This document shows, one piece after another, positions 22,413 to 33,673 of a stretch of 64,000 nt of DNA. The stretch's first letter is position 1, and every line of letters starts with the position of its first letter. Under the pieces are notes generated by a model. The model was not told the DNA's origin. It worked only from the letters and a program-made list of their open reading frames with translations, and did not search any database. The stretch is from contig CP060760.1 in NCBI GenBank assembly GCA_023205875.1, positions 558,001 through 622,000 on the forward strand, in the 5' to 3' direction. The DNA comes from Chloropicon primus. Lineage: Eukaryota. The position numbers and the translations under genes are program-made.

Positions 22413-23207
22413 TCACAAGGATCTGCTCGCCCTCTCTTCTCGGTACTCTCCGTTTGTGGACCACAAGTGGTAGTCGTTCTTCAGTTCTACCATGAAGGAC
22501 TTGAGCAGCGCGTTGAGCGTCCTCCGAAGCACCCCGTTGCAGGACTTCTCCAAGACCGCCGTGGGCAAGAGATTGAACGGCGGGACGACCTCGCACCAGA
22601 CATCCAACTCCGTCGCAGCCTCAAGAACCGGACCCGCTTCGAGATTCCTGCCCTCCTTGAGAGACGTCTTCACCTTGATCCTCAGTCTTTCGTTGATTTT
22701 CATCTTTTCCACGAAGGAGGAGCCCTTGACCAGGCACTCTTCGCACTCGATGTTCACCACGGCGGGATTGTCCTCGACGTTGACCGACATGGTCACCGCG
22801 GGAGCCACCCAGACGTTGAAGAAACTCATTTGGGGCAGCTCGAACAGGAACGTGTTCTCCGACACCTTGGTGATCCTCTCCGGGTCCGAGATGAAGTACT
22901 GCTCGATCGGAAGCTTGAGGTAGGAGTCGACCTCGACTCCCTCGCCCACGGCTCCGTCCACTGGCACCTCGCACTCCGACACGGCGGTCAAGTGTGCCAC
23001 CTTCACTTTCCTGTCTCGTCGCTCATCGACCAAGGCAGCAGCGGTTCCCAGCTCCTCCCCCCTCGCTTTCTCCGACGAGCGCGCCCCCAGCGGCTTCGGC
23101 GCCCTCCTCTTCCTCATCGACGCCCCCGATCCCACCACATCCCGCCGCGCACTACTCGTCGAGCAGCATGAGGGGCCCAGCCTCCCGTTCATCATCACCG
23201 TCATCAT
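22413..23207 (-). CDS. DUF1997-like plastid protein
   Basis: YLKLPIEQY...DPERI, VVPPFNLLP..VLE..CNGVL, LKNDY..W; N-terminal transit-like region. Confidence 0.7.
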   Translation of the reverse strand: MMTVMMNGRLGPSCCSTSSARRDVVGSGASMRKRRAPKPLGARSSEKARGEELGTAAALVDERRDRKVKVAHLTAVSECEVPVDGAVGEGVEVDSYLKLPIEQYFISDPERITKVSENTFLFELPQMSFFNVWVAPAVTMSVNVEDNPAVVNIECEECLVKGSSFVEKMKINERLRIKVKTSLKEGRNLEAGPVLEAATELDVWCEVVPPFNLLPTAVLEKSCNGVLRRTLNALLKSFMVELKNDYHLWSTNGEYREERASRSL

Positions 23208-23834
23208 CTTCCCTGCAAGTGCTCGATCCCTTCTCCTGGCGCTGTGTCTCCGTCACTCGCGAAAGCACCAGAGTCCCGAGCAAAAGAAACACCAACGAGA
23301 AGATCCTCCTCCTGCCAGTCTCCTCCTCGCCCTCTTCCTCGCCCTCCTCCTCCTCCTCGTCCCAACTCCCTCCCTTCCTTCCTTCCCCTGGTGGATCCGG
23401 CAATCCTTCTCCTCTCCAGTTGGAGCACCAAGGCCAACCCCCTCAAGCGAGGTATCGTGCGAAAGCCCGTGAGACGTACTATCGATCGAACACCTCTTCC
23501 CCTTCCGTCCCTTCCCTCCTTGGTCCTCCGCTCCTTCCGACGCACGCCTCCTGCCACGTCGCACGCACGCTCCGCCAATGAGGCAGCACTTTCAGAAAAC
23601 TGATCCGAGAGGCCAAGGCGAAGGCGCGCGCGTGGACGGACGAGGCGGATTGGGTCGGTTGGTCGGTTTGTCTTCGTGATCCTCACGCACTGGATTCTCC
23701 CGATTCGACTCGAGCATCGCATACTTGTTCCGCTTCTCGTCTCGTTTCAAGGAGTTGCGTTGCGCATCGTTGCGGTTTGCGGTTTCTCGGCATCGTTTGG
23801 TGTTGGCTTGGGAGGAGGAGGCCAGCGGAGGAGG

Positions 23835-25178
23835 ATGGTGGAGGAGGCCAGCGGGGGTGTGAGGTCCGAGGATCGTCCGTTTGGGATCTTGCATCGTAAT
23901 GGTGTGGAAGGGGAGAGGGAGAGGGAGAGGGAGAGGGAGAGGGGAGGGGAGACGGTTTCGCTTTACCAGGGTGCTCAGGGGGTTGCTGGTGATTGTGGTG
24001 CTCAGGGGGGGGTGAAGAGGAAGGCCTTGGCCAACCCAACGACGGATTCCCCCCCTGGGTCGATCTCGGTGAGCAAGAAGCACCAGAGGAGGAACTTGTC
24101 CAAAGAGAGGGCGGTGTTCTGCATAAAACCTGCGAGTGGTAGTGTCGAGTGTGACCTTAGGAATCAGTTGGAGGTGTTGAAGTTTCAAGAAGTCGCCTTG
24201 AAGAAGGAGAGGCTTGAGGTGCAGAGGAACCTCTCTAACGTGCTGATGGAGGAGAACAAGAGGCGACTGGTCCTGCCGATGGACGTGTGGATCAAGATCA
24301 TAGGCCACCTGAACAAGTTCAGGGACCTCCTGCCCTTCAGCATGGCTTGCAAACACTTCCACGAGGTCTGGAAGGAGACGGAAGGCAAGAAGACGAAGGA
24401 GATCTGCGAGGAGAGGAGGTCTCTCATCTCCAACCTCGTCGAGCTTCGGGACATGCATGACAGGTTTCCAGACGACAAGGTGCACCTGAGCTCGAACTAC
24501 CTGGAGTGGCTGTACACCTTCATCATGAACAGCGACGACGTGCCGTTGCTGGTCTGCAGCACAAAGTTCACTCCGACGATGCTTAAGGTCACTCTGTTCT
24601 TCAACCTCGCGGCGCGCCATGGGGACCTCAAGGTGATCAATTGGCTCAGCGAGAAGCTCCGCTACGGGTGCTGCGAGCACCTCCAGATGCAGATCTGGGG
24701 GGAGGACACTTGCTCCTACGCCGCGAGAGGAGGCCACCTGCACGTCATCAAGTGGCTGATGGACGAGGGCTGCCCTTGGAACAACAGCGCTTGCGCTTAC
24801 GCGGCTCGAGGCGGACACGTGGAGACCTTGAAATGGATGAAAAGCCAGGGCTGTCCTTGGAACGAATCGATGGTTTGCTACGCCGCTGCCCGAGGGGGGC
24901 ACTTGAGGCTTCTCAAATGGCAGAGAAGCAACGGAAGCGAGTGGTCCCAAGAACTTTGCGAAGCGGCTGCGTATGGGGGTCATTTGGAGACGCTCAAGTG
25001 GCTCAAGTCAGAGGGCTGTCCTTGGAACACGCAAACGTGCGCCAGTGCCGCGGAGGCCGGTCATTTGGAAGTGTTGATTTGGGCGAGGTGCCAAGGGTGT
25101 CCGTGGGACAAAAGCATGTGCAGGAAAGTCGCTCACAGGCGAGGGCACACACATGTCACGGATTGGATAGGGCAGTAG
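23835..25178 (+). CDS. F-box-like plus ankyrin-repeat (GCPW-type) protein
   Basis: LPMDVWIKIIGHL; repeated C.YAARGGHL..LKWL..EGCPWN units. Confidence 0.85.
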   Translation: MVEEASGGVRSEDRPFGILHRNGVEGERERERERERGGETVSLYQGAQGVAGDCGAQGGVKRKALANPTTDSPPGSISVSKKHQRRNLSKERAVFCIKPASGSVECDLRNQLEVLKFQEVALKKERLEVQRNLSNVLMEENKRRLVLPMDVWIKIIGHLNKFRDLLPFSMACKHFHEVWKETEGKKTKEICEERRSLISNLVELRDMHDRFPDDKVHLSSNYLEWLYTFIMNSDDVPLLVCSTKFTPTMLKVTLFFNLAARHGDLKVINWLSEKLRYGCCEHLQMQIWGEDTCSYAARGGHLHVIKWLMDEGCPWNNSACAYAARGGHVETLKWMKSQGCPWNESMVCYAAARGGHLRLLKWQRSNGSEWSQELCEAAAYGGHLETLKWLKSEGCPWNTQTCASAAEAGHLEVLIWARCQGCPWDKSMCRKVAHRRGHTHVTDWIGQ

Positions 25179-25373
25179 AAAAAGGCTTTGGTTCGGTTTT
25201 GGAATTTATCGCCCCTACTACCCGTGATGACGATGATGATGAGACTCAAGCAGATATATATATCAAAATAAAACTATATATATATTAACGAGATTTTGAT
25301 AAGATAAGATAAGAGATATTTTAATACACAGGTACAAGAAGAAAGAGGAGGGGCTCGAACAGCTGGGTGCTGA

Positions 25374-26515
25374 CTACGCGTTGCGCTCTGAAGCGAGCCT
25401 CACGACTTCGTCTGCGCACCCGTAGCAGAGAGTGAATCCAGACCCGCCGTGGCCGTAGTTGTTGACCACAACTCGCCCATCCTCCAAGCTTCTCGCCTCC
25501 ACGCTCACGCCCTGTTCCCTGTAGGGTCTGAGCCCGACCCAGTGGCCAACAACCTCCATGTCTCTCGTGTAGGCCTCGGGCAGGAGTTTCTTGCACCTTC
25601 TGATGATGTCCTGAACCGCATCTTGGTCGACGTCAAGGTCCCACTGGTTCTCGTCCGAAGTGCCTCCGTACACGATGACATCCCCTCTCGGGATCATGTA
25701 GGCGCTCTCGCCATCACCACCGATTGTCACGGCCTCTGTAATGTGCTCGCGGTTTTTGCAGTGGATGATCTGTCCCCTCACAGGCTTCATGAGAGCATCC
25801 TGCTCCAGACCTTGCAAGTGCGTCGCGTTCCCTATGCCTGCACAATTCACAAGCACGTCAGCCTCCAGGGCCTCTATTGGGCCGTCCACCCTGTGCTGTA
25901 CCAGCTCCCCCCCCATGGAAGTGAAGAGGCGCCTGAGATAACTTAAGTATATGTCGACCTGAACGATAGGTGCTTGAAACTGGTACGCGAGGAAGTCGTT
26001 CTCCATGATTTCGTACTGCGGCTTGTGCGGATAGTACTTCTCTTCCACTTGGCTCTTGGTCAAGAGCTCGAACGTGGGGCAGTCCCCGGCCCAGGGAGGT
26101 ATCTCATCGGCCGGAGAGTAGCACTGCCAGATGTCCTTCACCGCCACCCCGTTCTCCTCGAACTTCGTGCCGTTCGACAGGATGTCCTCGTACGCCCTCC
26201 TCGTCTCGTTCGCCCAGCGCCCCGTCCTCTCCGTCGATTCGCAGAGGTAGGGGAACCACAGCCCCCCTGCACCTCCGGAGGCGACGCCTTGGTTCGGGTC
26301 GCCGCCTATGTTCTCGGCCAAGCACTTGACGCTGTACCCGCTTTCCTGAAGACGGACAGCAGTGCACAAGCCGATCACGCCAGCGCCAACCACAATAGCG
26401 GTGTCCCCACTGGCGCTGCACTTCACCCTCCTGCACCCCTTCCCCGAGCCCCTGGCCACCTGGACCTCCACCTTGCCCCGAAACCCAATCCCTCTAGGAC
26501 CCAACCACCTCATCA
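25374..26515 (-). CDS. D-amino acid/D-aspartate oxidase
   Basis: VVGAGVIGL, VNCAGIG, PVRGQ, YMIPR, VGLRPYR, NNYGHGGSG. Confidence 0.92.
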
Positions 26516-27102
26516 TCGGATAAGACCAAGACCAAAACCAAAACGCAGGAGGGAGCCGAGCCGTTGTCTGCAAACGAAACCGACGCGACCGAGCGTTACG
26601 ACTGAAAGTTCACTTCCTCTACCCAATAATCACGACGTCCTCCTCTGTCTCTGTCTCTTGTCTCGATGCAATGCAATGGGGATGGCAATCGTGGCGTTGG
26701 CAATGGAGTAGTGGCCTTCAGTTGCAGTGGAAACGTAATAGAATGCCAAGCACAACAAGCAAGGCAGAGGATGAAATCGAGAGGGTTCTCTCCCAACGAA
26801 CGACCTGACTGGCCGTAACGTAACGTGCGCTCCAATGAAGCGAAGCGACAGACAGACAGGAGAACAACCCAGTGACCTCCTGGCGTCACGCGGGTTTTGT
26901 GTTTTGTGGTCAGCAGCAGATCCTGCTGGAGGGGAACGAAGGAGATCTGGAGGAAGGAGGGCAAGGAAGGACGAGGTCGAGCGCCAAGCGGGGGGAGGAG
27001 GGAAGCGTGGATTGTCCTCAATCGAAAGTACGCCTCGAGATCTTTCGCCTGATACCTCACTTGGACGGTGGTCCTCGATGGTGTGGTTTGTTGTTTGAGA
27101 AT

Positions 27103-27104
<2 letters not shown>

Positions 27105-27139
<35 letters not shown>

Positions 27140-28039
27140 GATGAGAGTCAGAGGTGCTGGAGGGGGATGGGTGAGGGGGACGAGAGGTGCCCGAGCGGCT
27201 AGGGTCAGGGCAAGCGTGCGGGATGAATGCATCGACGCCATCAGGCCGTTCCGGAGGGGAGAAGGGGCCACAGCGAGGGACAGGAGTCAAATCCTCAATC
27301 TTCTTGAGGTAAGTTTGGATTGAGAGTTTGTGGGTCTGAGAAGAGTGGGCCCAATGCTCGAGAAGGCGGCTGACACAGTGCCGGTGGTGATTACCAAAAG
27401 CGTTTGGAGGACTCGAACGCGTGCAGCTCGTCCGAAATCAGGGAACAGCTCCAAGGCTCTTGGATCCTGTTGTATCAGGCGCCTGTGAAGTGTGAAGAAG
27501 ACCTGAGCGCGTACGAGAAGAGAGCGGTCACGGTGGAAGGGCCGTTCCTGTCCGCCTTCAAGCCGTTGACCAAGGGTCTCTTCAAGACGCTGTCGAACAC
27601 ACAGAACATCCTGGTCGACGAGCAAAAGATAGAGAACATCGCGGAGTTCCGCGTCGCCTCGCGGTGGAGAGGGAAGCTAAACATCGCGGGCCAAGTCGTC
27701 CTCGGGGAGGACAAGGGCGAGGGGAGCGAGGAGACGAGGAAGGCCTACGTTACCTTTTCTTCCTTCAGCCTTTCCTTGGAGGGGCTTGAGGATTTCCTCA
27801 CGATTCCGATCGACAAAGTCTTGACTTTCCTTGGGAAGGACATTCCGAAGGGCTACCTCCTGACGACGGTGAGTAATGCCCTTTTCCCCTTCTTCGCCGC
27901 CGGCGCGAAGCGAGCTGCTTCCCACTGACGCGCACCTCCTGCTTCGTTTGCGCACGCAAAGTACATGGACGAGGACCTGAGAGTGGGAAGGGGCGACAAA
28001 GGAAGTATTTTCGTAGCAAAGCGCATGAATAAATTGTAA
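27105..28039 (+). CDS. PAP/fibrillin family protein, 3 exons (introns about 27309-27400 and 27869-27961)
   Basis: LQGSWILLY, IENIAEF, GYLLTT-YMDEDLRVGRGDKGSIFV after splicing; start lies within a (GAT)n tract. Confidence 0.82.
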
Positions 28040-28043
28040 GTCC

Positions 28044-28727
28044 TCACGTTTTAAGCCGCTTCTTGGGGGGGAGGGCCTCGTCCACCTTGTCTTGCTGCGC
28101 CGAGGGCGCTGTCTCCTCCGCGTTCCCCTGCCTCTCCTTCTCTTTCGCGACCAGCCCCTCCACCATCTGGTTGTGATGCTCCCGAAGCCTGTGGAAGAAC
28201 ATGTTGAAGTTCAAGTCGCCAAGAATCGAGCGGAACTTGACAACGCTTGGATGGCACAGGCCCGATAAGATGTCCCTCATGAACCGCTTCGATGGGTTGC
28301 CAAAGTGGAAGGTCTCTTCCCCACCAAGCAATTTATCGAGAGAGCCCCCTGCTGCCTCATCCATGTGCATAGGCAGATACTGCCGCAAATACATCCTCTC
28401 CTTCTCGTTCAGCACCTCCTTCCAGGTCTCCAAGTTCACCACCTGGGACAGGTCCTTGAGCCCGAAGAACTCGTGCGGCAGGCGAACGTTGTCCTCCACC
28501 GCGGTGCACGTGCACATCTCGCCACTCACTTCCGTCTCCGAGGAGTCGCTCTCGTCCTCGCCCGCCACCTCGCCCTCGCCCGCCCCGGGTGGATCCGGTT
28601 CGTTCTCTCTCGTCTCCACGGATTCCTCGTCCGACCTCGTTTCGGACATGTCCTCTTCCTTGACCGCCGGCTCCTCCTTCTTCACCTCAACGCCCCCCAG
28701 CCCCTCCTCAGCAGGACCCCCTTCCAT
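28044..28727 (-). CDS. DEUBAD/ASX-homology domain protein (NFRKB-like)
   Basis: LSQVVNLETWKEVLNEKER.YLRQYLP, FHFGNP, GLCHPSV, LREHHNQMV. Confidence 0.8.
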   Translation of the reverse strand: MEGGPAEEGLGGVEVKKEEPAVKEEDMSETRSDEESVETRENEPDPPGAGEGEVAGEDESDSSETEVSGEMCTCTAVEDNVRLPHEFFGLKDLSQVVNLETWKEVLNEKERMYLRQYLPMHMDEAAGGSLDKLLGGEETFHFGNPSKRFMRDILSGLCHPSVVKFRSILGDLNFNMFFHRLREHHNQMVEGLVAKEKERQGNAEETAPSAQQDKVDEALPPKKRLKT

Positions 28728-29122
28728 GACAAACTCTCTGTCTCTCCCTCCCCCCTCTCAAGTCCTCGCCAGAACGTCGTTTCCTTCGAGCGACGGCTTT
28801 TTCGAAAGAGCGAGAGAAGACGATCCTTTCTCCCCTCTCTCCCTCTCCCTCTCCCTCTCCCTCCACAAACGCCCTCGCCCTCTCTCTGTTGTCCGCTGCC
28901 TCGCCCTCCTCCCTGAGCTGCTCTTCCGCCTCTCAAGTCCTCGCCAGAACGTCGTTCCCTTCGATCGACGGCTCTTTCGAAAGAGCAAGAGAAGACGCTT
29001 CCGATTGTTCGCTCCTCCTCTTCCCTCTCCTCCTCCACCGCGCTCTCCTGGCCGCCTTCTCTCTCTCTCTCTCTCCTCTGCTGCTCTTGCGCTCTCGGTT
29101 GTGTTCTGGGGGGAGCGAGGCG

Positions 29123-30050
29123 ATGGCTGCCTCGAGCTTGAGAGCGTTAGTCGCTCGGGTGTGCGCGACGGGAGTGAGGGAGGCACGCGGGGAGGCGTCC
29201 GCGACATTCGGGAAGGATCTCCTCGTCGCGATCCCGAGCGACTTTTGGAAGGCGACGCGTTGGACGAGAGGGATCAGCCAGGAAGGTGGTGGTGGTGGTG
29301 GAGGAGGCAGTGAAGTGAGTGAGATCAATGACGAGTTTGAGGAGGTCTTTGGGCAGAAGCTCGGGGAGAGGGGCGGAGGAGCGATGGGAGAGGTGCAGAA
29401 GGATCCCAGGGTCGGCGCGGTGATCGAGACGCGGGTCGTGGAAGAGACGAGCATGGCATCTCGTCAAGGATTGACTCATGTGGACGAGGGGGGGGAGTGC
29501 AATATGGTCGACGTGGGTGGGAAGGAAGACACGACGCGGGTCGCGGAAGCAAGCGCGAGGGTTGTGCTTGAGCCTCATGTGTACGAAATGGTGGCATCGG
29601 ACAAGATGAAGAAGGGGAACGTTCTCTCTGTTGCGCAGATTGCAGGCATACAGGCCGCGAAGAAGACCTCTGACTTGATCCCTTTGTGCCACAACTTGGT
29701 GCTGAATCAGGTGAGTCCCAACGCTCTCGGGGGAGGAGAGCGCTCTGCTTCGATCTCTCGTATACTGACTGGTGCCTCCCGCCCTTACTGCCCCAAAGGT
29801 GAGAGTGGATTGCGCGCTGGAACAAAGCACGAGTTGCGTCGAGATCACATCCAGCGCCAGGACGACTGGCAAGACGGGGGTGGAGATGGAGGCCCTCACC
29901 GCTTGCACCGTGGCTGCGCTGACGGTGTACGACATGTGCAAGGCGGCCTCCAAGAAGACGAGGATCACCGATGTAAGGCTCGTGAGCAAAAGTGGCGGAA
30001 AATCCGGAGACTTTCGCTGCATGGATGAACAACAACGCCAGGAGCGGTGA
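29123..30050 (+). CDS. CNX3: Cyclic pyranopterin monophosphate synthase MoaC, intron 29711-29798
   Basis: [50 protein letters not shown]. Confidence 0.95.
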
Positions 30051-30537
30051 CGGTGTGGAGCGCTTCAGGAGGAAAAGTGTAAACATATGTATATACATAA
30101 CAAAAATGGATAATACAGATGCTCAAACAAGTTGAGCCCGCCTACTGTACAAAGCTTTGTGGGGGGCGCTTCAGTCTCTGTTGAAGGGCCATGTCCCCCG
30201 CGTCCTGCTTCGTCCGCCACCACCCTGGAGGCTCATCGAGGATCACCATGCAGACTCGCACCTTGTACTTGATGGGTTGTTGTTGGGCTTGACCACGGCA
30301 AGCACGACGAGGACGGCCGTTGCTTCCTTGATTCCTCGCCACGGTTGACCTCTTGGGAAAAAGCAAAGGAATCCGATCCGGTCCATTACAACTCACTTGC
30401 TCGCTCGCTCGTCTCTCGTCTCTCTCTCTCTCTCTTGATAACTTGATAACATTTAATCGCTCCTCGCCGTCGGACAGGTTTTGTCCCGCTTGCAAGATCA
30501 GACGGTGGTTCCTCCACGGCGGCCAAGCTTGCCCGTC

Positions 30538-31596
30538 TCAGTGGGTCATCTTCTCGCACTCCTCCCTGATGGAGCTGAAGAGGACGGTCGACAGGTACCT
30601 CTCTCCGAAGGATGGGATGATGCAAGTAATGAGCTTTCCCGCGTTCTCGGGCCTCTTGGCGAGATCCAGGGCCGCCTTCACGGCCGCCCCGCTTGAGATC
30701 CCCACCAGCAGGCCCTCCTCCAAGGCGAGCCTCTTGGCCATCTCCACCGCTTCGTCGCTGTGGACCGTGATCACCTCGTCGATCAAGTCCCTGTCGAGGA
30801 TGCTGGGAACGAATCCCGCGCCGATTCCCTGGATCTTGTGGGGGCCGGGCGATCCCCCGGACAGGACTGGGGACTCCTCGGGCTCCACCGCGACGACCTT
30901 GACGTCCTTCTTCTTGCTCTTGAGGAAGCCCCCGGCTCCGGTGATCGTTCCTCCCGTTCCCACGCCACTGACGAAGACGTCCACTTTGCCAGCCGTGTCC
31001 TCCCAGATCTCAGGGCCCGTGGTCTCGAAGTGGATCTTGGGGTTGTCCGGGTTCTCGAACTGCTGCAGAATGAAGGAGTCCGGAGTCTTAGCAGCGATCT
31101 CGTTCGCGGCCTCCACGACACCTTTGATTCCCTTGCTTGGGTCGGTCAGAACCAAGTCAGCACCGAAAGCCTTGAGAACGATGCGCCGCTCCATGGACAT
31201 CGAGGACGGCATGGTCAGCACGAGCTTGTAGCCCTTCGCAGCGGCCATCATCGCCAGGCCTGTATGCGTAAACGAAAACACGAAACACGCGATTGTATTC
31301 AGTAACTCGGGCTCGAGCATCCCTCCAACCATCGGCAGCTTACCTACGCCAGTGTTTCCGGAAGTCGGTTCGACGAGCGTGGTCTTCCCTGGCGTGATCT
31401 TCCCCTGCTTCTCCGCCTGGGTCACCATGTTGTGTGCGATCCTGTCCTTGACCGAGCTACAGGGGTTCATGCTCTCCAGCTTCACCGCCACCGTGCCACC
31501 GCACCCCTCGCTCACCTTGTTCAAGAAAACCATGGGAGTCTTCCCGATGAGTTCGGTCACGTTCGCCGCGATCTTCACCTCATTGCCGCTGTCCAT
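30538..31596 (-). CDS. Cysteine synthase (O-acetylserine thiol-lyase), intron 31260-31343
   Basis: [49 protein letters not shown]. Confidence 0.96.
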   Translation of the reverse strand: MDSGNEVKIAANVTELIGKTPMVFLNKVSEGCGGTVAVKLESMNPCSSVKDRIAHNMVTQAEKQGKITPGKTTLVEPTSGNTGVGKLPMVGGMLEPELLNTIACFVFSFTHTGLAMMAAAKGYKLVLTMPSSMSMERRIVLKAFGADLVLTDPSKGIKGVVEAANEIAAKTPDSFILQQFENPDNPKIHFETTGPEIWEDTAGKVDVFVSGVGTGGTITGAGGFLKSKKKDVKVVAVEPEESPVLSGGSPGPHKIQGIGAGFVPSILDRDLIDEVITVHSDEAVEMAKRLALEEGLLVGISSGAAVKAALDLAKRPENAGKLITCIIPSFGERYLSTVLFSSIREECEKMTH

Positions 31597-32248
31597 TCTC
31601 TCTTTCGAAAGCCAAAGAAATGAATCTTCCGCCTGTGACACTCTCCTTCGTATCCCTCCCCCTCTCCTCCCGTTACCGCCCAACTCGATCGATATGATCT
31701 CCAGCTCCAGCACAAGAGCAAGCAAGAGCAGAGAGAATTCTTCCGCTTAAATCCTCACCACTGGGTCGTTTCTTTCGAGCGACGGCTCTTTCGAATGCCA
31801 AAGAGATGACGCTTCCTCCTGTGCCACTCTCCTTCGTATCCCTACCCCTCTCCTCCCGCTACCTCCCTCGCTTTCGTCCCCTCCGTTAGTGCTCCTCTCC
31901 TCCTCGAACTGTGGAACTTTTTCGGCCAGGCCCCATTGTTTGGGGGATGAAGGGGTATGACGGACTCTCTCTCCAACTTCAAGAGGATGACGGGAGGACG
32001 TGGAGGGCGTGGGGTGGGCTTGGAGGGAAGCCGGGACGCCACCCTGCATCGTGGTGCAAGGAGGGAGTCAAGTCATCGGCACATTATCAATACTGTTGGT
32101 TCTGTTGTTGGGGCTTGGTGGGAGTTTGGTGGTCGAAGGCCAGGTCCGCGCAAGAGCGAGCGAGCGAGCGAGCCCGGGCCCCACGATTGATTGAGGCCCT
32201 TGCTTGGAGAAGTGATTTCTTTGATATAGGATACAAACAAGCGTCAGG

Positions 32249-33008
32249 TCACGCGGGTTCCGTCTCCAAGAAAGTTTTAACGTAGTACTGGACGTCCTTT
32301 TTGGTGCGGCTGGACTCCAGGGCCCTGTCGATTTTCGAGACGACCCCTTGGCCCTCCCTCCACTTGATCAAGGTTGGCACGCTACGGAGTTTGTATACCT
32401 CGTGCAGTCTGAGCGGGTGCTTGGGGTTCTTCCAATCGCCGGGACCCCCGACGTCGACCTTGATAATGGCATAACCCCCTAGCTTGCTCATCATCTGATA
32501 GAACACGGGCGTCACCCTATTGCAGTCCGGGCACCAGCTGTGGTTCGGATCCTCGGGGTTCATCCAGGAGCCTAAGCGCAGGAAAGTTTTGGTCAGTCAG
32601 TCACTCGCACACGTCCACGTGGCCGTCTTGGTGTGTGTGCGGAGAACGAAAGAGAAGTCGTCGGTCACACTTACTTCCGGCAACGAAATAGATGATCACT
32701 TGGTCTTTCCTGGACTCCCAGTGGTGGAGCGCAATCTCGAATCCGTCCACGTCCGTGTCCACCAGCACGTTGGCCTCCTTCTTGCCGCCTCGGAGGAGGG
32801 AAGAGGCGTACAGGCCCACGCCAACCAAGCAAACCAGACCCAGAATGGCGACCAAGGTCATGGCTTTCTTCCCCGTGTCCTTGGATTTCCCCCTCGACGT
32901 GGTTCCCGTTCGATAGTCATACTTGCCCCTCTTAAAAGACGGGGACGAATTGTACGTGGGCTCCGTCGGTATCGCAGTCCTCGAACGCAAGTACTCTCTC
33001 GAGCTCAT
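32249..33008 (-). CDS. Membrane-anchored TXNDC17/TRP14-like thioredoxin, intron about 32572-32674
   Basis: SWCPDC active site, DVG...WK...HP.R, VPTLIKW; N-terminal hydrophobic helix. Confidence 0.8.
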
Positions 33009-33673
33009 GGCCGGAACTCCTCACCCTCACCACCGTCGTCGTCAGCCTCCGTAAACCACGTCAACGCAATGCCGGCAATTCGATGAAAAGGCTGAGAGAC
33101 CTCCCGAACGCCAAGCTTCCGTCCGCACAAAACAAAACAACTTTGCTTGAGCAACCTTTCCTTCTGTCCACTCCCTTGCCTACAAAGTATGGAAAGGAAA
33201 ACCAAACCTTTGTCCAACTCTTTTCACCAAACGAAACCGAAACCGAAACGGTTGACCAGAAAGAGGAAAAGATCCTCTACGCATCCAGCACGACAGATAC
33301 CCTACACCACCACCCGTGGCTTGCACTCCCTTCCCTCCCCTTGGACCCTGCACTCTCCAAAGGCCCCGCCTCTTCTCCCTCCACAGACAGAAGAGAAGAA
33401 AGAAAGAGAGGAAGCAGGTCTCACGGCGCTCACGTGTCCGGGCTTCGAGGAGGGACAAGTGTTCGCGGTTGTTTTGAGGAGGAAGGCGACGGGGAAAGGG
33501 GTCGAGAGGGTCGCAGAAGGAAGCTACGTGTCGCGGGCTTTCGATCGGTACCGCACTTGACCACGTTTCGTCCTCGGCGTGGAGTCTGGCGTTGGATAAA
33601 GGAGGGTGACGTTGTCGGTGGAGGTCGAGGAGAGGAGTGGGGTTGAGGGACGGCGGCGGCAGGGAGAGGGGAC

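Noticed and set aside
30142..30495. Small ORF downstream of cysteine synthase
   Set aside because: No recognisable motif in any frame; more likely UTR, possibly spliced
32249..33008. Selenoprotein, suggested by the selenocysteine lyase-like gene in the window
   Set aside because: The active site is WCPDC with no in-frame TGA; no SECIS recognised
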